Source of the DNA: Macrostomum lignano
Lineage: Eukaryota
Direction: 5' to 3'
NCBI GenBank assembly: GCA_002269645.1
Contig: NIVC01000433.1
Location: 62,001-126,000 of the forward strand
DNA length: 64,000 nucleotides
Shown: piece by piece, positions 25,815 to 37,044 of the stretch
Numbering within the stretch: position 1 is the stretch's first letter
How the letters are laid out: the number at the start of each line of letters is the position of its first letter
Program-made: the position numbers and the translations under genes
Notes under the pieces: model-generated
Databases searched by the model: none
Told to the model about the DNA's origin: nothing
Seen by the model: only the letters and a program-made list of their open reading frames with translations

Positions 25815-27010
25815 ATGCACCTGCACAAATGGCTTGGTGTCTTCGCTGACTTTGTAGAAAACAAAGGCTGGGACGGGGTACAATCTGCTTCGAAGCTGAA
25901 GCCGAAGCTGTTGCATGATAAAGCCCAGATCTGCGTTTGGGATCTACCGGGATCTGATAGGAAAAGCTACAAAAAGATAAAAGCGGTGCAACAAAAGCAG
26001 TTTGGTGGAGCAAGTAGTCAGCATCGCGCCATGGAAGAGTTCCAAGATCGACGGAGAAACAGCGCAGAAACACTGCAAGAGCTTTCGTATTCCTTAAAGC
26101 TGCTGTACATGACAGCCATCAGACCATCAGGCTGCTTTCGGTGCGACAAGGAAGGTCACATCGCTCGCCGGTGGCCTGCTGGCGGATCTCAGGGCCGAGG
26201 TCACTGCTCCAACTGGTCCGGCTAGGGTCACAGCGCGGCCGTCTCTCCATCAAAGGTTTGGCCGTCGGGAAACTTCTGAAGGTTAGTGGCGAAGAGCCAG
26301 CTCCAATCCGCAATCAAGTGCCCAATGAGCACTCTCCATCTTCATGCAAGCAGTGGCTGCAAGCGACATCACTGCCGTCGAGGCCATGGGATACGGTCCA
26401 GATCAATATCAAAGGTCCGCTGTCAAGGACGCCACAAGACAACATTAATGTGCTGAGCAGGTGGCCGACGCTCTGGTCAGGCAGGTAGGGCTTCGGCAGG
26501 GCATTCCAGACGCAATCCACAGCGACTAAGGGTGTCAATTCGAAAGCCAACTGTTCCTGTCTCTGTGCCAGCGGCGCGGCATGCAGAAAAGCCACACTTC
26601 GATTTTCTATCTCAGCGGCGGTTGTGGCCGAGGATTAAGACGACCTTTATCAACTCGCCTTTGTCACGTGGCCCTTCAACAGCTCAGTGCACTCTAGCAT
26701 GGGTCTGTCGCCGAACCAGACGCTGCACGGATGGCCACAAAGGCTGCCAATCGACGCCAAGCTGCACAGCACGACTTCACTGATGCGCTGGACTTTGCAG
26801 AGGCAACTCAGCCGGGCGCATGTTTATCAGCAGCTGCAGGGGTTACAGGCCGAGCGCAACGAGCGTAAAACATGGAAACTCGGTTCCGACCGTACAGGAG
26901 GGCGACCTGGTGATGCTGAGCTGCAAGGTGGTGAAACCTGACAGATCGAAAAGCCTCAGTAACGGCTAGACCGGGCCGTCATCATCTTGAAGAAGGTACT
27001 CGCACGTGGA
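25815..27010 (+). mobile_element. Heavily deleted Ty3/Gypsy LTR-retrotransposon remnant (gag and integrase fragments)
   Basis: Gag-like ORF with a zinc knuckle CFRCDKEGHIARRW (last Cys lost). Integrase-start motif LQATSLPSRPWDTVQINIKGPLSRTPQDNINVL at ~26355-26455. Integrase C-terminal-like sequence follows to ~27000. No RT and no LTRs found. Confidence 0.8.
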
Positions 27011-27089
27011 TTTTAGAGATGCCATCCATTGCAGCAAAGGTTTATTTTGGCGAAAGCAAGTTATCACCACTTTTTACGAAAATCTGAAT

Positions 27090-27760
27090 CCATTTGCTGC
27101 CATTTAGGTTGTGCATTAATATGCCTGCCAGGCTCGGAGAAATGCAGCAATCGAGTGCCCACTCTCAAGTGTCGGCAGAATGTCTCAAAGCTCGCATTCA
27201 CTGGCGCGTACCTAGCATGCACTTGTGGTGGGGTGGTGGGTGACAGGTTGGCCTTGGTGCACTTGCTGCTTCAGATGCTGCACCCGCTCTGCGTCACGCT
27301 AAAGTGCGGTCAGCAGAAGATAGAAATTCGGCACTTTCTCACCACGCTATTTGAACTGCGCATGCCAAGCCTAGGTGGCATAACTGCAGGGCTGTCCCGG
27401 AGGGGACACAGCGGGAAGGCGCGGGCGCCCATTCCGCTAACCTAGGTGGCATTGTTGTCATTGTGTACTGTTCAGACGCAAATGGCATCCCGGTCCCACA
27501 TAGGGTACTGTAGTCAGGTTGCATGCACATATTCTGTCAGCTCTAACAAGGCGCTGATTCGCTCTTGCCATTGCTGCAAGGCCATCCAGCATGCAAGGAA
27601 ACGGCGGACAAGGAATCGAAAGCAGCATGCGTACCAATAACTTGAATGCAGGGGTAGTTGCATACTGCACCTGCAATCCAATGGTCTGGGCTTGCCTAAA
27701 AACAGCCCAATAATAATGACAAAAACTACCACAGACTTGGGCTGCCAAATAAAATGGCTT
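27090..27760 (-). pseudogene. Degenerate MULE/Mutator transposase fragment
   Basis: VCGSFCHYYWAVFRQAQTIGLQVQYATTPAFKLLVRMLLSIP fits the MULE GC.FH..QAV.R..Q..GL...Y motif. Downstream frames give LLELTEYV and PNFYLLLTAL, with stops and frameshifts. Confidence 0.7.
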
Positions 27761-28949
27761 GCCAGGTGGCCTACTCAAAGTTGCAAATAAGTTGGACAGG
27801 TGCATTACCTATCAACTCCCATACCTGCTGGAATCAGGCCTGGTAGTCAGCCTGAGCCTTATCTGACATCAGAAAAAATGTCAATGGTACCAGGCACTCT
27901 TGGTTATCAAAGCGAATAGCTGTACAACTGAATTAAAGTATAGCAGAATGCATCCAGAGGACAGGATCTCACACTGTTACAGACATGAAGACATGCTGTC
28001 TATTTGTTTCTGGCATAGTAACGTCTTGCAAATGAAACTCTCTAAGGGCGCATGCTTTGGATCAACCTGAAAAAAATATTAGGTGACTCCATAGGGTGGC
28101 TTTTTGCAGTAATAATTAGAATTGTAACTTAACGAATTAACATTAATCACTATCTACACTTATTGTCAGAGTTCTCTTGCTTTTTTCTCAGTGATAATGC
28201 GAGCAGATTTGAATTGTACTCACTTTGCTTCCACTTTTACCTCAGCTGCCATACATATTTTTTTCAACTGGCTGATTAACTGGATTGCAAGTGTGCTTTT
28301 TCAAGGTGTCAATGGTTCTATTTAGGCATATAGCAGCTAGGCCCAGGCATTTTGGTGCAGTTTTGTTGCAATGGTAACAGGTGTTGCCATTTTGCTGGCT
28401 CTTGACATGTATCAATCAGTCAAGATTATGCCCAATAAACTGCACTAGCAAGTCTGTCTTATTGAAAGGGTTGATTTGATTTTGAAGATAAAGATCCAAA
28501 GGAGGTAGAAGAAAAACTCTGTATTTTGTAAAAATGCAATTTATTCTTTTTTAGTCTTTACCAAAAGAGAGGCAATTGCCTATCTTACTTTTCTTTTAAG
28601 ACCTAGGTATATCTTATACTTAATAAATATTATATTATAGCCAGCCAGGCTTCTCTATATTTAAGCTTTTTAATTAATTATCCATTTTATTATAGTTTAA
28701 AAGTTTAGGCTAAATAACATACTTGTCATTTTATCTTATATATTAGAATGGTGCAAGTTTTGAAGAAAATTAGTTAAGTGGTTTTTTTCTGAAATTGATC
28801 ATATAAAAAGTCATAAGCAAACCATTTTTAGTATATGGACTGGCAATCTTCGCCCCCAATGGGGGACATCTGGATAGAATCTTTGTTCTTTACAAGTAAC
28901 AAAGAGATAATGAAAAAACAACAGAAATTTCCTCTAAAAAGAAAACATC

Positions 28950-29185
28950 CCAAGATAGCAAGCATCCCCAGATAGCATGCCAGCATCTCCCAGATAGCAA
29001 GCATCCCCCAGATAGCAAGCAAGAATCCACCAGATAGCAAGCATCCCCTAGACAGCAAGCATCTCCTAGATAGCAAGCATCCCCCAGATAGCAAGCATCC
29101 CCCAAATAGCAAGCATCCCCCAGATAGCAAGCATCCCCCAGATAGCAAGCATCCCCCAGATAGCAAGCATCACCTAGATAGCAAC
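28950..29185. repeat. 18-bp minisatellite (cccagatagcaagcatcc)
   Basis: About 12 tandem copies. Confidence 0.95.
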
Positions 29186-30462
29186 CCCTCCCCCTAATAA
29201 TATAGCAATTTAGTATATGGATATTAAAATATGAAATAGGGCCTAGTTAAATTACTTAATCAAAAAACTTTATAAGCTTTGGTTTAAATAAAACAATTTG
29301 CTAGGCCAATAGAAAAATGAAAAACAATTAGGCCTAGAATTATGACATTAAAAGATGACAAACATTGAAAAATGTTGTATAAGATGTTTGTGGCAAAATA
29401 ATAGGAAACATATAATGCCATTCTTATACATATTAAACAGAATCATCTAGGCCAATGTGTACCAACAATAAGTATACATAAATTTAAAATTATAGTTGGT
29501 TTCAAGATGGCCATGCATTAAATACTTAGGCCTAGGCCTGCTTCTAATCTTAAGCAGTAATTATCATAACTGAAGTCTGGAGCTTTCAAATTATCATTTC
29601 GACTAGGTTTTTAGCTATTGACTAGCTACAAATAGACAATTACTGTATCTGGAATCTGGTCATTTGGATACAGGATACTATGTAGGCCCTATTTTGTTGC
29701 TTTTAAGTTTCAGTAGACAATAGCCTAAAGCGTAGGTACCATAGTAAGCCAAATTCAGGTTAATCAAATGAGTGATAATTTAATTTATTACCTCACTCTG
29801 CTTACCTCACAATTATAGAGATAGGTTCTGAATCACGTTACGCAGTAACTTAGTGTCACAGCATGCATTCGCGATTCACATATCATCTCGAAAAGACACG
29901 CGAGCAAAATGTGAAACCAATTTAATCTGACGGACCAGTCGACTTGAATACAAATTAACAAAATTAGGTTTAAGCTTAAAGTGAACTACAAAGAAAAAAT
30001 CCCAAGTTTTTACAACTATGGTGAAAGGGTTCATGACTTAAGCGTCTAGAACATTTATGCTGTATCTGTTGGAATACTTCTAGGCCCACTAGTGTGCAGC
30101 AGGACATCTATCGGTTTACGTTCTAAAATATCGCTACGCAGGTTAGGTCCCGTCACAAATCCCTACTCAGTCCTTCCTTCCCTATTCCAAATCCAAACAT
30201 AATTGGCTACCCAAACCAAACGGAGTAATAAATTAACGTTAAATACGTGGCGCTCACCTTCGACTGGTGCTGCTGCTGGAGCACCCACTACTGTTACGTA
30301 GTATACTACATTTATACATTCTTAGATGTACATTATACAGAAATACTAAATTATACATTAAAAGCATTATTACAATAATGCTACAATATATAGTATACTA
30401 CAATACTACAGTCCTTGGTTCCGTGACTCCTCAGACAGCCAAATCTCATCAAGATAATAAAT

Positions 30463-33400
30463 ACATAGACCGCGCGTTGGGTGAGGGAAGGCCGGGTTAG
30501 AGAAAGGGGTGGCAGCCAGGTCAAAGCCAATACGGTTGCGTGGGTGAGACGACAGAAATGAACGAGATAATACAACAAAAACAGAAACAAAATACGCGAC
30601 CCCGCATGCAAAGTCGCGGTAACGTGAGAGGGCGCGTCAGATGGCGCGCCGCAGAGCCTGGGAGCGAACGAAGTCCGCGCGCTCCGTTGGCAGTGTCGGG
30701 CGCCCTAGCGTCGCACAGCAGGCAGTCCACGTATCGACGGGTTCGGGCCTGACCCCGCCTGAACGGGCCCTGCAAGGTGAGCAGCAGGACGTCCTGAACA
30801 GGCTCGGGGCAGTAGCCCTCGGCCCGGATCACGTTGCCCGCCAGTTGTAGTCGCCGCCGGCGCAGGATGGTGGACGGGCGCTGAAGCTTGGCCCGATCGT
30901 ACAGGGCTTCGGTCCCGAGGCTCTCGTCAGATCGAAAGGCCGCACGGAGCAGCCCTGAGTGCGCCGAGTCCAGCTGCCGTTCTAGCGTAGCCGTCAGCGT
31001 CCGAGTCTCGGCGTTGTACAGCAGGACGTTTTCCACCACCGCCTGCCAAAGTCGAGCCCTCTCGCGGTCGGGCAGCGTTTCGGACTGGACGACGGCCCGG
31101 ATTGAACACAAGGCCGCCCAGGCAAGTCCTCTGCGCCGCCGGAGGTCCTCCTCCATGTGGGGCACCAGACCGCCGAGGTAGGTGAACCGCTGGCAGCGTG
31201 CGAGCCTGGTCGTCTGCCCGTCTCCGCTGGGATGTCGGCCGGCACAGTCAGCACCTCGGTCTTCAGCGTGTTGACAACCAGACCGACGCTCGATGCCAAC
31301 TCGACCAGCCAGTCGATTTGGCGCTGGGCATCTTCAAGGGACGAGGACAAGGGCGAGGTCGTCGGCGTAGCCAAGCACGCCCAGGGGATTTTCGCTGTAG
31401 CGGTGACCGATGCATCTGCGCAGCAGGAAGCCGTCGTCAGCCGAAGGGAGTGTGGTACTAAGCACCCAGTCCAGCAGCAGCACGAAGAGGAACGGCGCCA
31501 GCGTGTCGCCCTGAAGAACTCCTGATGAAGTGTCGAACAGGTCAGTGTCGCAATACAGCGCCATGACAGCGTCAACTAGTTGCTTGGGTACCCAGTAAGC
31601 TCGAAGGACAAAGGGAAGCGCGGCTCTCAACACCGAGTCAAACGCCTTTCGAAAGTCAACGAAGACAATGATCAGCGTAGACTGGCGGATGCGCGCCTCC
31701 TCGATGACACGGCAGAGTGCAAGGATCTGTGTCACTGTATCACGTTGTGGCCGGAATCCGTTCTGCTAGTACCGCAGGTACGGGTCCAGCACCGACTGCA
31801 GACGATCGAGCAGCAGCCGGTTGAAGAGCTTCGCGGTGCAGGATATCAGCGAAATCCCGCGGTGGTCTTCTTTCCACGTTGTCCCTGCCTTCTTCGGGAT
31901 CGGCACGTTGTGCGCGACGGTCTACTCGGTGAGCGCGGGGGCGCTGGCGAGCACGCAGTTCATGACGCATGTGACCTGGGAGGCCACACAGCAGATCCGC
32001 AGCGCCTCGACCGGGACTTCGTCGGGACCGAGCGCCTTGCCGCCTGATGTTTTCCGAGCGAACAGCACAACGTTCTTCGTGGTGACTGGTCTGGTGCAGA
32101 AGTTCTCCTCAGGCTAAGAGCGGCGTGTTCAGTGAGAGCTAAAAGCTGGCGGGCAGCGGCGACGCAGGTTCCCTCACGATGCCGGCAAAGAAGTCGCGCA
32201 ATTTATTTCTGCGCTCCTCCGGGGTGTCACCGGCTTTTTGCGCCCCATCAGAGTCCGGACGGGCGTCCACACTGCGCTCTTCATGCCTGTGCCGGCTGCA
32301 GTGATGGACATAACGGCGTCGTCGACAGCGGCCTGCTGCCGCTCGTCTAGAAGCCGCTCAAACGCGTCTTCAGCGTCGCCCGTGGGCCGCCGGTTCCTGC
32401 GGAGTCGCTCGATGTTGAGCCGCGCTTGCCTGATGGTCGGGTCGCTCTGCCAGACAGGCAGCGATTTTTTGCGCTGGCCGCAAAAGCAGCGGGACCGTCT
32501 GCTCCGCAGCGGCTCTAACGGCGGTGCTGATGTCGGAATACTCCGCCTCGCGCTGGTCTCCAAGCGCGCCGACGAAGGCGCCCGCGAATTGACGCTTCAC
32601 GTGGGTGTCCAATAGAGCGCGATAGTAGCGCCGTGGCCGCTGCTTTGGCGGTCGGTAGAGCTGGTCGCGGAGCCGCAAGTCGCAGATCAGGAGTCGATGG
32701 TCTGACCGGAGAGCCATCGGAGCCATGGTATCGCAGTCGGTAACGCGGCGGCGTTCGCGAGTGCGAACCAGCGCATGATCGAGTTGCGCTTGTCTCCTCG
32801 TGGCGTTCCGGGCGCGTGCGTTCCGCCGCCTTCTCTTGCAGCCCGCAAAGGTGACCAGGCGGGCAGGGGGCTTGCAGAACTGGTGTTTGCGGACAACAGA
32901 TACAGCCGGTCAAGCAGGTCCTCCAGTGCGTCGGTGTTGGCGTTCTCGCGTCCCGGACAAAGGGCGAGCGCTCGGACCACCTCCGTGGGACTGGGTTTAG
33001 GTCTCCGAGCACTGCCAGCGTGTCGCGGTTTGGCACCTCTTCCAGCTGCCGAGTCAGGAAGTCGAAGAAGGCACGAGCCTCCTCGGGGTGAGCAGCGGTG
33101 GGTGCATACGCGCAGAACAGCCGGATGCAGCGGGCGCGCAGTCTCAGGTCGACCCGAATCAGTCGCGGGGGCAGCGAGATGCAGTGCACGCTCTGCTGGA
33201 GGCGCGGTCCGATCATCACGCCGACCCCGCCCCGGCCGCGGTTGTCTGTCGACGTGTACAGGAGGCTCCAGCCGGCTCCGAGGTCCTCAGAGTGGAGCCC
33301 CGGCTCAGCCACGATAGAAACCTGCAGCGTGACGAGGTCCAGCTGTAGGTCGTGGGCCAGCTGGACAAGGATGGTGCAACGCCAGGGGGCCTTCAGAGTT

Positions 33401-33659
33401 CGGCAGTTCATCGTGCCGAGTCTGAGGCGGCCACCTGGTACAGCTGGGGCCAGATGGAGGTTGGCCTTGTGGTCCCCGCGGATCCATAGTTGAAGTTGCA
33501 GGGACTGGGGGCGACAGGCGCCCGACCGCGCCACGGAGTCGCCCTCGCCAGTTGCGCTCGCGCCGCCGCTCAGTGCGACGCTGCGCGCTGCGCTGACCTC
33601 TGCGAATCCCTGCTGTGCTGAACTTTGCTGCCGCAGCCGAAGCGCGGCTGTCAAAGCCG
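30463..33659 (-). mobile_element. RTE-type non-LTR retrotransposon (APE endonuclease + RT), frameshifted, with an 11-bp TSD
   Basis: APE motifs LRLGTMNCRTL, GGVGVMI, CAYAPT, VLGDLN. RT motifs FVDFRKAFDSV, GVLQGDTLAPFLF, GYADDLAL. The coding sequence is split over several frames with internal deletions. Direct repeat agataataaat at 30452-30462 and 33660-33670. Confidence 0.92.
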
Positions 33660-34501
33660 AGATAATAAATGCGACGGGAGTGAGGGGGGCTGCCTAGAGG
33701 CGTACAAGTATATAAAAAATATCAGGCTAAAGGGGTTTTGTCTATAGAATGGCTAATGCTGCAAAGTGCACCGCGACACAACTGAATTACAGTTATTTAG
33801 TTAGCTCGGCGAGTTTTACAATTTAGCATACATCAAGTACATGCATGAATACCAGCGTACGTGGTAGTTCAAGTGAAAATAGAGAGCTATATGTAAAGAC
33901 AAATACAAGCTTCTTCTGAAGAGTTTATACGCTAAATAAATAGGATCCAAGCATATTTATTGTAGTTTATATTTTAATTTTTGCCGCCTTTCGGAGACAA
34001 TTTACATCACAATATGTTATTCATATGAGCATTATTATGTATTCATGGCATTTATCTTGTGCATCAATAGTTTAATTACTGTAAGAGTAATTTTCTGAAA
34101 TCCTACAAAAAATATTTCAGGGAAACAAAAATTATATAAGAAGCGTCGAGCATTTTAATAAACAGCTTCTTGAAGTGGGATTAGGAAAAAATTAATTGGA
34201 GAGTCAGTTACAATATAGTAAGAAAATTCAACATTTTCACTTCTGATTTCTAACATGAAGCAATAAATAACACAGAACTTTAACAGTGTAGAAATTACAG
34301 CTCAAATTTTCTAGTACATTACGACAAAAATTTTCTCCACACTAAGGAAACCAATTTTTCGATATTGCTGTCACTCTGCTTAGTTGCTAAACAAACAGAG
34401 TTTGTTTAGGCGTGTCATGAGTACAAAAATGAAGTACTAAACGTAACCTACATTATTAAATTTGCAGCTGATATAGCAAGACTATAGCTCGATGGGCATC
34501 A

Positions 34502-35265
34502 TTAGCGGATTGATGAACCAGAAACTGGAGATGATCTTCTTTGACTTGCCCTGGTGGAAGCTTTCAATGTTGGTTGTGGCTGCTCCTGGGGCAGCTTTTT
34601 CTGCTGTTGCTTTTGCTCCTCCTGCGGCTGCTTCTGCTGCCCTCGACTAGCTGCACCGACAGACTGCCTTCGTGGCTCTTTTAATGGGCCTACGGAATTC
34701 GTACTCAGCCGAGGAGGCGACGACAATGGCGGTGCAGTTGTCCGCGGTGCTTGAGTCGTTGAATCGAGAGGCTGCTGCTGATCGGTGTATACATTGAAAA
34801 ATGGTCCATCGTCCACCAGCTGCAGGCTGTCCCTGTTGGCCATGACGCACATGCTCTGGTTTGAGGCGTCCGATTCGGCTGGATACAAAACGAATTAAAT
34901 GAGTTATTAGAATTTCAGCAGCTTTCAGTTTTACAATTGTAAATCAATTATAAGGGCTAAAAGCGTATCAACGTTCACTGGCAAGTTACTCAGCTGGCAA
35001 AGTTCGTAGAATCTATCTCAAACAAAACAGAGAAGTACCATCAAAACTCACAGGAAGCATCCTTTCCAGCTTCCGAGTCTTGGCTCGAATCGTTGGAATC
35101 AGTTGACACACTACTTTGCTCGAGAGTGTCGCGCTCGCGGCGACGCTTCCTATCGCCATGCAGCTTCAGAACAGCCGGCACAACTAGCAGGCCAAGTATA
35201 ACACCAAATGCTATAGCCGCCACGCACACCACTAAAGCTGCTGCAAGCACATGGAAGTTGGTCAT
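34502..35265 (-). CDS. 2-exon gene, 196-aa single-pass membrane protein with an S/T/Q-rich tail
   Basis: Exons 35265-35052 (donor GTGAGT) and 34878-34502 (CTAAT branch-like site and ttttgtatccag acceptor). Phase-1 join, total 591 nt. An N-terminal hydrophobic helix VLAAALVVCVAAIAFGVILGLLVVPAVL is followed by basic RKRRRER. Confidence 0.7.
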
Positions 35266-35825
35266 TTTTTCTAGACTTATAAGAGATATCTAGCTTCTAT
35301 AGAAAATAGTAGGCAATTAATGCATTTTTCTGAAATAAGAATTCGTTTAATAACTGGTAGTTAAATAGTCTTTTTAATTTCACTTCTCAATAGATTCATA
35401 GCCGCCAAAGTGAATTCTTCAACATAAACTATTTGTTGGGCTGCTGTTTTGCACTTTAGTAACGGCTTTTGGTCCACAGTGAAAAGTTGAGAATCGATGG
35501 CAGCAGTAGATTCGGTCTTGCCCATAGACATAGACGGAAAAAGGCAAGCAAGTAGTTGATAATTCTAACCTTTACTGCATGGAAGTCGATGTTTAATTAG
35601 ATGCTAATTATAGAACTCCTTGGCCTAAGCCCAGCCGAAATGGGAATCGTCTATGGTAAAACACTCAACTCATATGGTACAAATATAACTACACATTTTC
35701 TCGTACAATGTCAACAAAACAACAGTTTTTTTAGTCAAGACATTCTATTTAGACAGTCTATGGTTTGGAGCACTGCTACAAGCATTCAAATTAGACAAAC
35801 TCAAATTCTTTTTAGCCATGTAATA

Positions 35826-36244
35826 TACCTTTTTGCGATTTAGTTTGCCAAGACTGCAATCAATTTTGCCCGCGGAAAAATATCACATAATTTTGCTGTC
35901 TAGGCCAAGTCAGCTCAGTCATGACCAGAGTTTCAGCCACAGTAAATTGTTAAGGGACCTCCGCTTGGCACCTCCGCGAGGCAGAGGCTCTATACGACCG
36001 GTTGCGTTGAATTGTCCAACTATGTAAGTCACGGTTCTTCGTGAGATGCCCAACAGCCTACCGAAATCTTGCCAGTCCTCTCCACCCTGATATGCTTGAA
36101 TCAATCGCTGCCGGTCCTTCACTGAAATCCTGTTATAAGGTCCACGCTGGGCCATTCTTTAATCTTGCTATGTATGTCTGTGGTGTTTTCTTTGCTATGG
36201 GCAAACTAGGTCGCAGTTTTGGCAAACTAGATCGCAAAAAGGTA
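35826..36244 (-). mobile_element. Internally deleted Tc1/mariner element retaining the transposase N-terminal HTH
   Basis: ~32-bp TIR TACCTTTTTGCGATYTAGTTTGCCAARACTGC (2 mismatches) with flanking TA dinucleotides. ORF 36155-35919 MAQRGPYNRISVKDRQRLIQAYQGG...LLGISRRTVTYIV...GRIEPLPRGG is typical of an IS630/Tc1 N-terminus. Confidence 0.88.
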
Positions 36245-37044
36245 TACAATTTGAATGAATTTAATGTAATGTAAGAATGTAAGAACGTAATTTTTGCCTC
36301 TGGGTTAACATTTCACACAACTGGTCATTTCACACCAGTGGTCACCTCACAAAAACCTACATTTTTTTTTTACTTTCCAGCTAGCAGTAACTTTTTGGAA
36401 GAAGCAAAAATACTACAGTTTGAAATATTAAAATTTTCAATAGAAAAAGGCTAATCATGGAAGAAAGTAAAAAACACAAAATGATCATCTGTTTATTTAA
36501 TATTATTACAAAACGCTAACAGGCATACACACCTACATGTAGCGTAACTTCGTGGTAATAAGAATGATCAATTTGACAACAACATCTGAGCAATAATAGT
36601 GTGTCATCAAGGCAAGTTTGAAGCTCTTATAATTTAGATACGAAAATTAATTAACAGGTGATAATAGCCACACGCCGACCTTTCCCGCGACTCTCAGTGT
36701 GCGCATGCATTTGTTTTACACTTGTTATTTGTTACACTGTTTTACATTTTTCGAGCTATGCGAGAGCTTTTACGATCAAAATTTTATTTTGCCTACTATT
36801 CTCAGTAGTCTATACAGCACTGTGAAGATTTTCTATCCAAGAAAAATCAAGACTGCCAAAGAACAGCGTAAGCCATAGAATCACGCGGCCATTTAGTGGG
36901 CATTGTATGTACATTTCTAGATGTACATTTGAACAGACGCTTGGCATCAACCTCTCCCACCTCCGCTGACCCATGAAAGCGACAATAACGAAAGAAATCA
37001 AATTAAGCAACAAGGCACACCTGTTTATAGACCGTTTTTTAGCA

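Noticed and set aside
28224-30290. Two possible minus-strand micro-exons (30290-30258 VGAPAAAPVE; 28245-28224 EVKVEAK) with good donors
   Set aside because: Acceptors lack pyrimidine tracts and no flanking exons were found. This is compatible with chance.
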